From assembly GCA_001724265.1 (NCBI GenBank), contig MEDY01000003.1:1-64000 (forward strand): 64,000 nucleotides of DNA, given 5' to 3'. The notes beneath the pieces are model-generated. The model had not been told where the DNA came from and made no database searches. It worked only from the letters and a program-made list of their open reading frames with translations. The stretch comes from Rhizaria sp. SCN 62-66 (lineage: Eukaryota). The position numbers and the translations under genes were made by a program. How positions within the stretch are numbered: position 1 is the first letter of the stretch; each line of letters starts with the position of its first letter. Shown here one piece after another: positions 12,299-34,913 of the stretch.

Positions 12299-12544
12299 AT
12301 GTCGATGCAGATTTTCGTCAAGACCCTCGCTAACAAGACTATTACGCTTGATGTCGACCATTCCGACACGATCGAGACCGTCAAGCAGAAGATCCAGGAC
12401 AAGGAGGGCATTCCCCCGGACCAGCAGCGCCTCATCTTCCAGGGCAAGCAGCTCGACGACGGCCGCACCCTTGCCGACTACAACGTCCAGAAAGAGTCCA
12501 CGCTTCACCTCGTACTTCGTTTGCGCGGTGGACACCCGCAGTAA
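12299..12544 (+). CDS. Monomeric ubiquitin precursor (MS-ubiquitin-HPQ, 81 aa)
   Basis: [81 protein letters not shown] then TAA. All seven Lys, L8/I44/V70, R72 and GG are retained. Confidence 0.95.
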   Translation: MSMQIFVKTLANKTITLDVDHSDTIETVKQKIQDKEGIPPDQQRLIFQGKQLDDGRTLADYNVQKESTLHLVLRLRGGHPQ

Positions 12545-13815
12545 GCGTGCTGCGCCTCGCACACGTGCTTTGCGCCCCGCGTTTGCTCCTTTTCTGTGAC
12601 TGTGACCTGCGCGCGCACCCTATAGTTCTTCACGTCAATGAAGCTTGTCTACAGTAGTGCCCGTGCTTACCAAATTCCCATTGTTTCCGCTCTGCGGTAT
12701 ATCATGTAACTATAAAGCATAATGCAAAATAATACAAAGAAAACCCATGTGAGTCAACGTTGTGTCTCTCGTTCTTGTCATAACAATTTCTTCTCTTTCA
12801 TCATCACGTGTCCATTGTGCTCGCTCATTCGCACGCTCTGGTGTACACTCCGCTGCTCTAGACACGCTTGCAAGTAGCATACAGTCTTCATGTGATCTGT
12901 ACATATCCTTACACTGTGCTGTTTCGAGTCTTTTGCGTTTAAGACCTCGCGTTCCGCAGCACTCATCACTCGGAGTGATTTGTTGCACCGTCCTTTAGTT
13001 CATTGACCTTTCTGATGGCAAAACGTGCTCGATTTCCTTGGTACTGCCACAGTGCAGATGATACACACATCATTAGATAATTCTATCTGTTATACGCTGA
13101 CCCATTATTGTTTTGGCGCTCTGGCGACGAAACACGCGTTTTCACCACAAACCCTCTTGGCAGCAGTTCAGGCGCCAACTTGAATAATCGTTAACACCGA
13201 GTTATGCCAGCAGATTGAAGCTTAAATAGCAGCAGATTTTGATATATGCCTAATTGTAACTGCATTTTTATTTGCGTATTTTTCTATATCTTGTTACTGT
13301 GCCACGTGGCAGCGCTTTAAAGCTCAAGTGGACACGAGCATACCTCACTTTTGCGTTTGTGGTGGAGAGAGGTTGTAGGATCAGACACATCATTGCTCGA
13401 AGAGAAAGAGAGCATCTACCTTATTGCGGCGCGCAAAGTGGCTTTTCTTGTTGTCAACGAGGATGAATTTTGGTTGTGATTCTATTTTTTATTTTGATTT
13501 CTCGTGACACCCAGTTTTAAGATCTCTATTAAGGCTGCTTCATTCAGTGGATCTGAGCTTCTCGAAGGTCTCTCGTCAAGCACCATCACTTGTCTTTTGA
13601 GGGCTTGGTTAAGTAGACGATTGAGTTAAGACAACGACATATCTTACACGAGCCTCTCATTCTTGCAACATCTCTTTATCAGTTTTGCGAAATCGCCGGA
13701 GTTTATGATTCAAATCGTGTCATTCTCTCGGCCACGTCATCGCCTTTGTCTGCTCACATGCTCCCCTGTTTTTTCCCCCGCTTTTTATCATCATTTCAAT
13801 CATCAGCCGTACACC

Positions 13816-14037
13816 ATGTCGATGCAGATCTTCGTTAAGACTCTTGCCAACAAGACTATCACTCTTGATGTCGACCACTCCGACACTATTGAGACTGTTA
13901 AGCAGAAGATCCAGGATAAGGAGGGCATTTTCCAGGGCAAGCAGCTCGACGACGGCCGCACCCTTGCCGACTACAACGTCCAAAAGGAATCTACACTTCA
14001 CCTTGTCCTCCGCTTGCGTGGTGGGCATCCTCAGTAA
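13816..14037 (+). pseudogene. Ubiquitin copy 3 with in-frame 24-nt deletion (PPDQQRLI); pseudogene or assembly artefact
   Basis: KEGI|FQGKQ junction at ~13929; 222 nt; otherwise the same protein as copy 2. Confidence 0.7.
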
Positions 14038-14534
14038 GCGCACCCCTCCTACAGCTCTCCCAGCGCACAAACTCGCAGTCACCCGTATTTGTTGCCGTCT
14101 GTGAGGCAAGGAACGCTCATGGGCAGCGACTGCGGAGGGCGTCGCTGGGACTGCGGCGCGCCTATGGGGCAGGATGCGTGAAGAGCCGAGGGATGCCGCG
14201 CCGCTGCGACGTCTCTTAGGCGCCCTCACGCGCTATCTAGCTTCTCTCTTAAATGACTTGTAACTCAGTCTTCTCTCTCTCTCACACACACAGTAACAAT
14301 CTACACGTGGGTTCCCGATCAGCATTTGCGTCTGTAACGAGAAACACCATGAATTGAATCTATATTAATACACAATTGAAACTTAACAACACAGTATGTC
14401 AGTTCCTTCCTCTTCAATTATTCGCGTGACAAAAGTTCAACAAACAAATCGGGGGGAATGTACATTCTGTACTAAGTACTGTCCTAGTAGTTTGTAAAAC
14501 GGATACACACATTTATTTTCGATTCGAATGCCTC

Positions 14535-17500
14535 TCATGCCACATTTTCACTCACACTTAAACCTTTTTCTACTTTCCTCTTAAAAGCGGACATCTTCAT
14601 GCTGAAAATAGACATCCTCGAATACATGGGCTGGATTTCATTTTCAGGTCGAATAGCTGCCTTCCGTGCAGCTGCAAATGCTGCGGCTTCAACCCTACTC
14701 GCCATATCACGCAGTGGATTTGCTAAGTTCTCCAAGGACCAGAGTAGCTGTTTGTTCGCGCCCCACTCCACGTCATCGTTGGGGTCCGCCTTGCTGCCAC
14801 TGCTGCCGTCGTCATCCGGCCCGACGCCGCGCTCACCACGCTCACTCCTGTCGTCCTGGACTTCGTCGCGGCAGGCATGTTCTGTGAAGCTGCTGGGGCT
14901 TGACCACTTGGCGAGCATCGACATCGACAGCAGGAGGACTGTGTCGTACAGCAGATCGAGCGTCGGCAGATCAGTCACACCTTCAGCGACGCGCTGCGAC
15001 AGCGCTTCCACCACGCCTGCGCGCATAAGAGCGGGCCCGAAGTCAAACCTATGCTCGTGGTCAACTTTGCAGGTGCGGGGAGAAAATGATGTGCTCTCGC
15101 GATCTGCATCAGTTGTGACGGCGCAGCAGATCAGCGCTGCAGCGGCTTTCAGTTCACTCACACTCTCAACGCACTCGAGCAGGCTTTTGATGACGCGTAC
15201 GTCAGGCGCATGTGCTTGCAGTCGCAGTTGTGCATTGTTAACAGGCAAATATACATCTTCATCTTGCATTACGCGCTTCTCTTGAGGTGAAAGTGGGCCA
15301 CGTAACGCTGCAGCATACACGCACGCATAGCTGGCGAACATGCTCAGTAGCCGCGCAAGCCGCACGCGCAGTGGGGAGAGCAACAGCACGGCAGTGTTGT
15401 TTGCAGTGATAAGCTGCTGCAGCAACGGCGCAAGTCCCGACTTACCGATAGCGGTCGCGATTGCGGGAATTAAGCCCATTTCGCTTGTGTCATTTAACCA
15501 GTCGCGGTTACGTGAATATGCACGACTGAACAGGTTAGCCCCCCAGTTGCTGTCATTGTCCCACGCAAAGCACGCGGCGGTGACTGTGGGCTGCCCTGCA
15601 AGATAGCCGCGCGGGACGACGCTGGCTGACCCTTGCAGCTCAGCGCTTTTTGCTTCTGACCAGTCCTCCCGAATCCTTTCGCGGGCGTTGCGCGGCGTAG
15701 TAATCACAAACACGCACTCAGTGACTGCGGTGACGTAGCTGTTCAGGAGCTCCTCGGGCAGCGCTGTGACAAACGGGCTGACAAGAGACATCACAGTGAC
15801 AAGACTCTCACACACTAACATGGCAGCGGGGGCCGCTGCCAGCACGGCAGGGTTGCACAAAGCGGACTTGGGCATCTCGCGAGACCGCTGTGTCTGCGCT
15901 GCAATGCCACCGCTGAAGCGCATGTGCTGCTGTGTTGGATCCTGACTGCGTGTTGGCCCTTGACTGTGACACTGCTGCTGCTATGACTGCGGTGACGTGC
16001 TTTTGGTGTAGCACTCGAGCGCCGAGAGGGCGTCCGCCGTGAGCTTCGAACGCACTGCATTGCCCAACGGAGCAAACCGCTGCAGCGCGTTGTTGCACTG
16101 AGACGCAGCAGAGGCAAACGCTGTAAGCCAGGAACCACTGCTGGGATCACATACTTCGCGATTTGCGTTGTTCACAGAAGATCGCGCGAGTACACCCCCC
16201 GCCAGCGTCTGCTAAGACGCACTATTCGCGTCTTCGCTCTCACACTTCCCACGACTGCTAGAAACGACTGAGCAGAGCTGCCCGGAGCTCTCAGCGAGCG
16301 TGTTCGCCAGGATTGTAATCACGGTTACTGCATCGGTCACCGCGGCCTTGAAGCGGGCACGCACACCGCCGGCAGCACCGCCCCCGCTCTTGGAGGCATG
16401 CACTGTCGTTGCAATGACAGTGCCAGAAACCAAACTCGCAACATCGGACGCCGTTGTTACCGCAGCGCCCACGGCGCGTGCTGCAACAGCACAGAGCACC
16501 GGCGCTGCAGCGGCTAGTAACGCAGCAGAGCGGGCCGAGGAGCGTGGGGCGTCGGGACTGCACTGCAGCAAAGTGAGCACCAGAGAGGAAAGGGCTGCGA
16601 GAGCCTCGGTGTACACAGTCTATTTGTAGCTGTAGTTAACGTCACTAGCACTGCGCTCCTGAGTCTTGCCTTTGCTGCTGTTGGCGCGGGTCGTCACCGC
16701 GGCCTCCGGATGGGGGCGAACGTGGTACACTGAGACCGCTTCTTTGAGCTTGCGCAGTAAGCACTGCTCAACCAAGTGAGAGTAATGAGCAGGATCATGA
16801 ACCAGGTTATCCTTCTCGTTGAGCGCCGTCTCAGTCAAATGCAGGTCTTGCTTGGCAGCGGTAACTGGTGCGTTCACATTTGCGCTTGGCGTTGCTGAGT
16901 GAGCGGTGGGCACCGTGATGGCGAGCAGCCGCGTCACCACGCACCCATCCACCTCGTCATCGCTGTGACCAGCTGACGACGTCTGACCAGTAGCGCTGCT
17001 ACTGCGAGTCTCGCTGTAGTTGACGCATGCACTCACGGCCGCAGCAAAGTCGCTCACTAACCACGGGCGAGAGAGCGGCGCAGTGCAGAGCGCGAGAGCA
17101 CACAGAGACGCTACCTGCCACACAGGTTCTGTCGGTGCACACACCACGCTTGCATTCGCGGGATCAGAAGCAAACACACTGACCAGAGAGGCGGAACGCG
17201 ACGTAATCGCTTGTGTAATGCGCAGCACAACCGAACTTGAAAGACGGCTCAAGAGGTCGTTGTCCGACGCAGTAAGGCCGAGAAGCACGCCGAATGTGGT
17301 CTCAACTAAAGACATCACAGGTACAATCAGGCACTGACTGAGTGCAAGATAAACTGCATTCAGGGTCTCTAGAATAGACTGGTACGTGGCGTTTACGTTG
17401 GCGTTATGCTGCTGCTCGAAGCTCACATTTGTTGACACTGACGGCACTGCTTCGGCGTGCGACGAGAGCAACGTCTTCGCTTGAAACACGGGACAGGTCT

Positions 17501-17822
17501 TGATATACAACCGTAAAGCAGAAAGCAGATCTAAGAAGACTGCAACAAACGCGATAGCACTGCTCTGCTCAGCGACAGCAAGGGAGATCAGTTTACCAGT
17601 CGTCACAGCTGCGATCGCGTCATTATCTTCGAGTTCCGACACGAGTGACGAAACACTGTCAAGCTCACTCACCGTGACAGCACGGCCTGCACGAGTTGCC
17701 TTGGCAAGGGCTGTTTGTGCGGCTTTGACAGAACTGGAGCGAGTCCCAGCTAGAGACAAGCGGTAGTGGTACTCAAGCTCGCGCAGACGCGTCGCATCGT
17801 CGTCTTGATAGTGGTCCGACAT
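14535..17822 (-). CDS. Hypothetical ~1095-aa protein, probably alpha-helical (ARM/HEAT-like guess), containing three in-frame TAG codons
   Basis: ORFs 16620..18086, 16212..16616, 15981..16175 and 14535..15923 share one frame, joined only by TAG at 16620-22, 16212-14 and 15981-83 with no other stop between them. Likely ATG at 17822 (MSDHYQDD); ends TGA. Confidence 0.75.
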
Positions 17823-18743
17823 CAAGAGGTGTTTGTGTTGAGACTTGAGGGTTGCGAAAGCTTGTTGAGCACAAAAAGCGACGACTCTGGCGGCAAATTT
17901 CAGAGAAATCAGTTCATTAAACAAGGCAATCAGAACGCAGTAGGCGCCTAAGAAGGGGTTACGTGAGTTGTTTGTCAAGGATACGCGGCAAAATAAGAAG
18001 CTGTTGCAGATGAGATCTCGGATCATAACCAGGGCTTGGTAGTCAATCAATAGACTATTACAATTTAAGAAAATAATAGAAAACACTCGAATAACAACAA
18101 TTTAAGAAAGTAATTGCTATTGACGAATATTTTGTGATGGATTTAGACTTTGGAGTTTTGCTGCTTGGCGAGAGGCTGACTTCGACGACGGAGAGCTGTG
18201 CGTGGTGACTATGGTGAGTCACGTGCTTTGATGATTTCAACTTAGTTGCTAAAATACCTCAGAATTTTCGAAGTTTATAACGCTATATCATGTGTATTGT
18301 ATCTCATCAACGTCGGTTTACTCTTATTTGCTAAAGTTAATGGTCTTATAATTACATCGAAAGTCGTTCTTCCGGAGCAGAAATCAATTGCGTCACATTG
18401 ACGTGACAGGCCCACTTGATTTGGAGCTTGGGCTTGTTCCAATGTCTGCTGAAATACCATCGCGCTGATGATGCTATTACGGTTAAACTTACAACTACTG
18501 TTTTGATGCTAAAAAAATGATACGGGAGCTGGTGGCCACAGAAGCAAACTACGCCGTATTAGTCATGTGATAACAAAATGTCAACCCATGGACGAAGAGA
18601 TTACTTTGTGATGTACATGTACGTACAAACTAGGACTTGATGACAAATTGCTCAAGCATTTCTTCTCGACAAAAACATCGTACTTTAAGTGCTCTCAAGT
18701 GCAACCTCAAGGGAACCTTCAGTGGCAGCAGTCTCATGGAGTC

Positions 18744-21514
18744 TCAATTTCTTCCCACAGACGCATCCTTTTTCTTCTTATCCTCATCCCACTTTGCGTG
18801 CGCTGCTTCTGTTGCTTCGCGGAGCTTTTTCTTCCTCTTTGTACTCTCCCTGTGCATACGTGTGCTCCACGAAGGTGGCTCAATCTGGCAGACAAGCGCA
18901 TGCTCGTCACAGCCGCCATACATCTCGAGCAACAACAGCGGAGGAGGCTTAACGTCAGACGCCTTGGCTTGGTCATTCTTATCAACGAGCACGGGCGTAG
19001 TCGCAGTACCACTTTTTATAATTTGAGCATTTTCGAGTTTGATTGCCGCGCGGACTGCGTCAGAAGATGAAAGAGGCTGGGGTTGCGATTTCTATGACAG
19101 CGGCGCAGCTGAGTTCATAATATTCGTTTCCTTATAACCACCACCGCTCTTGGATTGTACATTCTCATGTTCAGCGTCGTAATGGACTTCATCTCTTTGC
19201 AGAGCTGCTGCATGCGTTGAATGAAAGCAGCCACAACGCTCACTCCACTCACTATCCCTCTCATGCAACTTGAAAAACACGCGCCGCGGCACCCACAGCG
19301 ATTTCACAAGAGGAGACGGAACCTGGGCGTGCTGCAAGGCAACGCCGCTATTCACATTGTAATCACTTTTCCCATTGTTACCTTGAGCTGCAGGACCGCG
19401 AGTCTGAGTCTCACCGGGGCTGTTTGCGTTAGAGTTTCCTTTCGCAGGAGTCGACTTCGTTGTTGCTGCATCGTCACGATTAACGTAATTATGCTACTGA
19501 TTACTGCTGCGGCCGTGCACCCCAGTCTTTTCATCTGCGCGGCTGCCATCAGTCGCTGTTCTAGCCCGCACGTCAAGCCCTGCCGTGCTGTGCTGTTGGC
19601 ACCACACAACGCCGCCGCCGGTTGGCGAGTACAGCGACATGCACGCAGGCACATGCGCTATCGAGCTCGGTTGCTCCGCACGAGTTGACTGCAGGTGTGC
19701 AGCAACGGCTGACTCAAGCAGGCGCACAGCGGCACTGGCTCGACGGAGCTCACCATCGCTAGTGAAGTAGGGTCCTTCCACCACGCCAATAAAGTGATAC
19801 TTCGGGTTAAAGTGATAGAATTTCAACCACGAGTAGATTGAATGCAGCTGCGACGCAGACAGTGACTCTGTTACAGTACCGTTTGCGGATAAACGAGGCA
19901 TAATATCGGAGGTTAAGCCGCGCGGCGAGAAGTCTCCGGTACCAAATGCACGCGATGCGTCACGACTATGTTACAAGTACAATGTTTGAACCAATAATTG
20001 AGTGGATAAGACTAAGGACGTTGCACATGTTGACGGAAATTAGGGTTTGAAAGATGAATCAAAATTTGTCATACACAGCATGTAATTGTCAATCCATGAT
20101 CGTACCCAGCAAAGTGATTATACGCTCCACCTCGTGCATAATACTTCAGCCCTTCTCCAACATCAAACACATGCCCCAGCACTGCAACATATGTCAGCGT
20201 GTTCTTTCGTGTTTCCGGCTCGTCTGGTGCCATGCTTACGCCGTTACAGCGGGCCAACTTTTCCTCAGTGAAGACGACTTTAGCGTGTGGTGGGTGGAGC
20301 CAGGCAACCAGTGGCGACAGAGGCGGAGCTACGGCGCGTGAGAGCGCACTGTTAAGATATGCCTGCTTAACTGTAGCATGCCACGATACGGGAAGAAGTG
20401 CCGCAAGTAGCGGGGAAAGAGCTCGCGCAACGCCGCGCACTGCTGTGGCCACAGTGCGAAAAGCACGCGAATTCTGTAGGACTGGAGCCTGTGACAGAGC
20501 AAGCATGAACAGAAGTAGCGCAACCACGGCAAGAATTGCGTGGCGACGGTAGCGGGTGGGTTGAGGGCTGAGCGACTGCGAGCCGGCCGCGAAAAGCAAG
20601 GCGACTGTGTCGTCGCCGTCGCCGCTCTCATCACCCTTGTCGCCATTGCTGCCGTTGCCCGCGCTTGTTATGCGGCTGCTCACGCCGCTGACAGTTGCGA
20701 AGTTCGCATCGCATCTCTGACTAGGACCACTGCAATCACCGCCAGCAGAATTGCTTTTGTTCGTGTTGCTAGTGCTGACGTGAGCTTTGCGCGCGCGCTT
20801 GCGTGAGCGTAACAGCAACGTTGTTTCAGCGTTGCTTTGATGCTCATCCCCAGACTCCGTGTTCACTTGCGCCCTTTGTGACTGTGGCCGTAACAGTGCT
20901 GAGTGCTCATGTCCAAGACCAGCTCTCGTGTTGTTGTCGGTAGTTGGGTGAGCACGTTGTACTTTGCTATTTTCGTTAAATGGTAAGCTAGCAGAGGAGC
21001 CATAGATAGCGTTTTTGACGTTAATAGTATCAATATCAGTCATGTCGTTATTTCCGCTACGATCACCGTCAGTTTCGCTGTCACTACTGATGGGGTCCTT
21101 CTTGTTTTCATCGCACCGAGAAGCTCCAGACACAGCATGAACACCCACAAATGAAAATGAGTGCGGTGTAGCCACTGTAGGCATAGCTGGTACCCGTTGC
21201 TCATAGTGCCGCTGCATTAAAGACGACGGGGGTGATGGAGATGGGGCGAGAGACGGGGGAGTTGGCGGAAACGCAACATGATCTTGCGGTGTGAACCGAA
21301 GATGAAGTATCTCCATTTCACTTCCAGCGCTGCTCTCATTCTCAAGTAGCGGGCAGTTTGTTACCGGAGAAAGACTGTTGCGTGATTGGAACAGCGCGCG
21401 TGACTCTTCCGAGTCCGGGGAGAAGGATGGGGTCTGCAGCAGAGCCGAAGAATGCGGCGGTGGCGATGTTTCGGCATCTGGAGAGCGCAGGAGAGGCTCC
21501 CGCGTCTCATCCAT
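18744..21514 (-). CDS. Neuferricin/CYB5D2-like cytochrome b5 heme/steroid-binding (MAPR family) protein, ~876 aa, one TM helix, two in-frame TAGs
   Basis: Exons 21514-20106 and 19965-18744. FTEEKLARCNG...YVAVLGHVFDV..GLKYYARGGAYNHFAG|RDASRAFGTGDF...W..FY...Y.FIG.V.GPYF; then neuferricin-type Cys blocks PAC...VWC, WVPRR...ERCGC and EMYGGCDEHALVC, separated by TAG at 19494-96 and 19092-94; stop TGA. Confidence 0.88.
19966..20105 (-). other. Spliceosomal intron (140 nt) in neuferricin-like gene
   Basis: GTACGA...CATAG, phase 2; removal restores FAGRDASRAF. Confidence 0.92.
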
Positions 21515-22327
21515 GAAGGGAAATCAAAAAAGCACAGTGCTTAATGGGCGGAACTTGTTATTACTTGCGTCAATGAATGTTTTCGCGCAAAGCTTGATAC
21601 GGGAGGCGAGCCCGCGGCTGACTTGAAGTTGATGTCTGTCTGACTTGAAGTAAACTTAAGGGAGTCATGCAAAGATATCGACAAAAAGAAATAAAGAAGT
21701 TGAAAGTTATTCCGTGCTAACAATTTATAAGGGTCTTAAGCAAAACCTACTACATTGTCGGAGAGTATTGTACAAGTATCGTTCGCACGCTGTAGCGAGA
21801 TTCTCATGACCTCAATTCGGCCATTCGTGCCAATGCAGTACTGTGTTTCTGATGGGCCGAAAAAAAAAGGACTGGCAAAGATTCAGTGAGTGCTATTATC
21901 CGCGTTAGAGGGTGTCTTTCTCCAGCGGTAAATGTGGCAATTGAATTATTGGAGTGGAAGTTGATTGTTACACATCTTACACTTGGGTTCTTGTGCATTG
22001 GTACTTTGTATGCGTCGATAACTGCGTACTTTTGAAGGCGTCATGCCAGGAGTTCACTCTTCTGCGCCGCACTTTGACCGTCTAGCTTAGACCATTTCGA
22101 ACGTTATTTCTAAATGCGACGCCGTTTTGATATTTAGGCGACAAACTTGCATCTAGCTCACCCATTTTTGACCCTGAAATCTGCACCGGTATCTTATGCG
22201 TCCCATTCCCGATGACAGGCTTTTTCGCCTTGCGTTTGTTTTTTTGAGGCGCCCTTCTTAACTTGCTTCAAACCCGTCCAGCTCACCTCCTCCCCCTTTC
22301 CGGGGTCGGTTCAACAGCCCTTCCAGG

Positions 22328-33458
<11,131 letters not shown>

Positions 33459-34913
33459 CCCACTTGGCTTAACTGAACTGCGCTTGATAGGGTAGATTAT
33501 TTTCTGCCCAGTTACCTCAATTGCGTCATTATTCCTTTTATTTTAGTGATTGTGATCAAATTATTCGTTTGTTTTTCTTTCTACAGAGTATTTGTGTTCG
33601 CATGCGTGCCCTCTCGATTTGCACATTTGCAAACTCAAGGCAACGACGTATCTTTTTTTGCCTTTCGTGTTCTTTGCTATCAATTTTGTGCATGCTTACC
33701 TTCTGTTTTTTTTTTGTTGCGTTTATCTCGTAAACAAAACTGACCAACGCCTCTGTCGGTACTGTCACGTGTGTACTGACTGTCTTAAGTTCGTTTGTTT
33801 AAGCGTCTGTTTAATTGTCTTTTTGCACTATTTTGAATATTTTGAAAATAGTAGCACTTCGCTTAATAATATTGTACGTACTGAAATACGCCCCTTTACT
33901 GAGAAACGTGGGGCTAGAATAGCTAGGTGTATGAATAAACAATGCACTGCAATTACAAATGCACACTTCGAAGTGATTCAACCTCACTTTTTTTGATGCA
34001 AGAGAGATATACGTATAGCATTAGCCACCTAAGATAAGGAGAATTGTGGTTCATAATTCATATCATGACGTTAAAACGGGGGAGAAGGTGTTAAAATGGG
34101 CGCGAGTATTGCCACAAACGTTAAGAAGCATAATCAAAACATGACGGTGTCTGACATGAAGCACACGCTTCAGATAGAGTGCGTATTCATGCAAAACCGA
34201 CACGTCGATTCACACAAAACAGCAGACATATGCGAGCTGGCGAACGGTTTTGCATGACTTAAGATCAACAAAAAATTTTCCGACGTTGTCTAAGGAGTAA
34301 AGCGCAATGAGCGACCAAAGCATATCGCAAAATGGGGCAAAACAAGTTGATATAACATCGAAAGACGAGCTGCGTCGTTTTTAAAATTTAAAAGTCCAAC
34401 TACATGTTAGAACTACTGAGGGGAATAAAGTTGCGAATTTTGTGATTGCGACAACACAAAGTGAAACGAGGAGTGTTAAAAAGAATTGTTAAAAAAACAC
34501 CAACAACGGAAAACAGACAACGGAGAACAGACAAAGAAGTGAACACACAAAACACAGGCACCAAGTAATAACGACAAACAAACATACATTAGCATGACAG
34601 CTGAACTAGTAAGGCGAGATGGAGAACACCATCGTTTAAATAAAATATGTTAGATTGGACAGCTTGAAGACAAGAGTGAATACGAGAAGTTGAAACAAAA
34701 GGAAACGCTCACATGAGATATGCGCAGCTTGAGAATCAACACCACAAATGGAGGCAAGTGACAGAATTAAGGCATGCCCGATTGGCATGTATAAAATGAC
34801 CACAAAACAGCACAAATACCACTGAACCAGTCATCAATGACACGCGAGGGATGAACTCTTCACCAAATGCACAAGGACGATGCGCGGCTCGTATTGGGGC
34901 TAGTCATGAATGG

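Noticed and set aside
12533-12541. HPQ tail matching the streptavidin-binding core (synthetic tag)
   Set aside because: Only three residues, present in three native-context copies with differing codons; no vector sequence.
17823-18086. N-terminal 88 aa of ORF 16620..18086
   Set aside because: Begins at a non-ATG codon in AT-rich sequence; ATG at 17822 is the more plausible start.
14535-21514. These two genes being decayed pseudogenes
   Set aside because: All five interruptions are TAG, with no frameshifts or TAA/TGA, and conserved motifs and splice sites are intact.
33500-34900. ncRNA, tRNA, CRISPR array or mobile element in this and other spacers
   Set aside because: Only T/G-rich 3'-flank sequence of convergent genes; no cloverleaf, spaced direct repeats, terminal repeats or transposase ORF recognised by eye.
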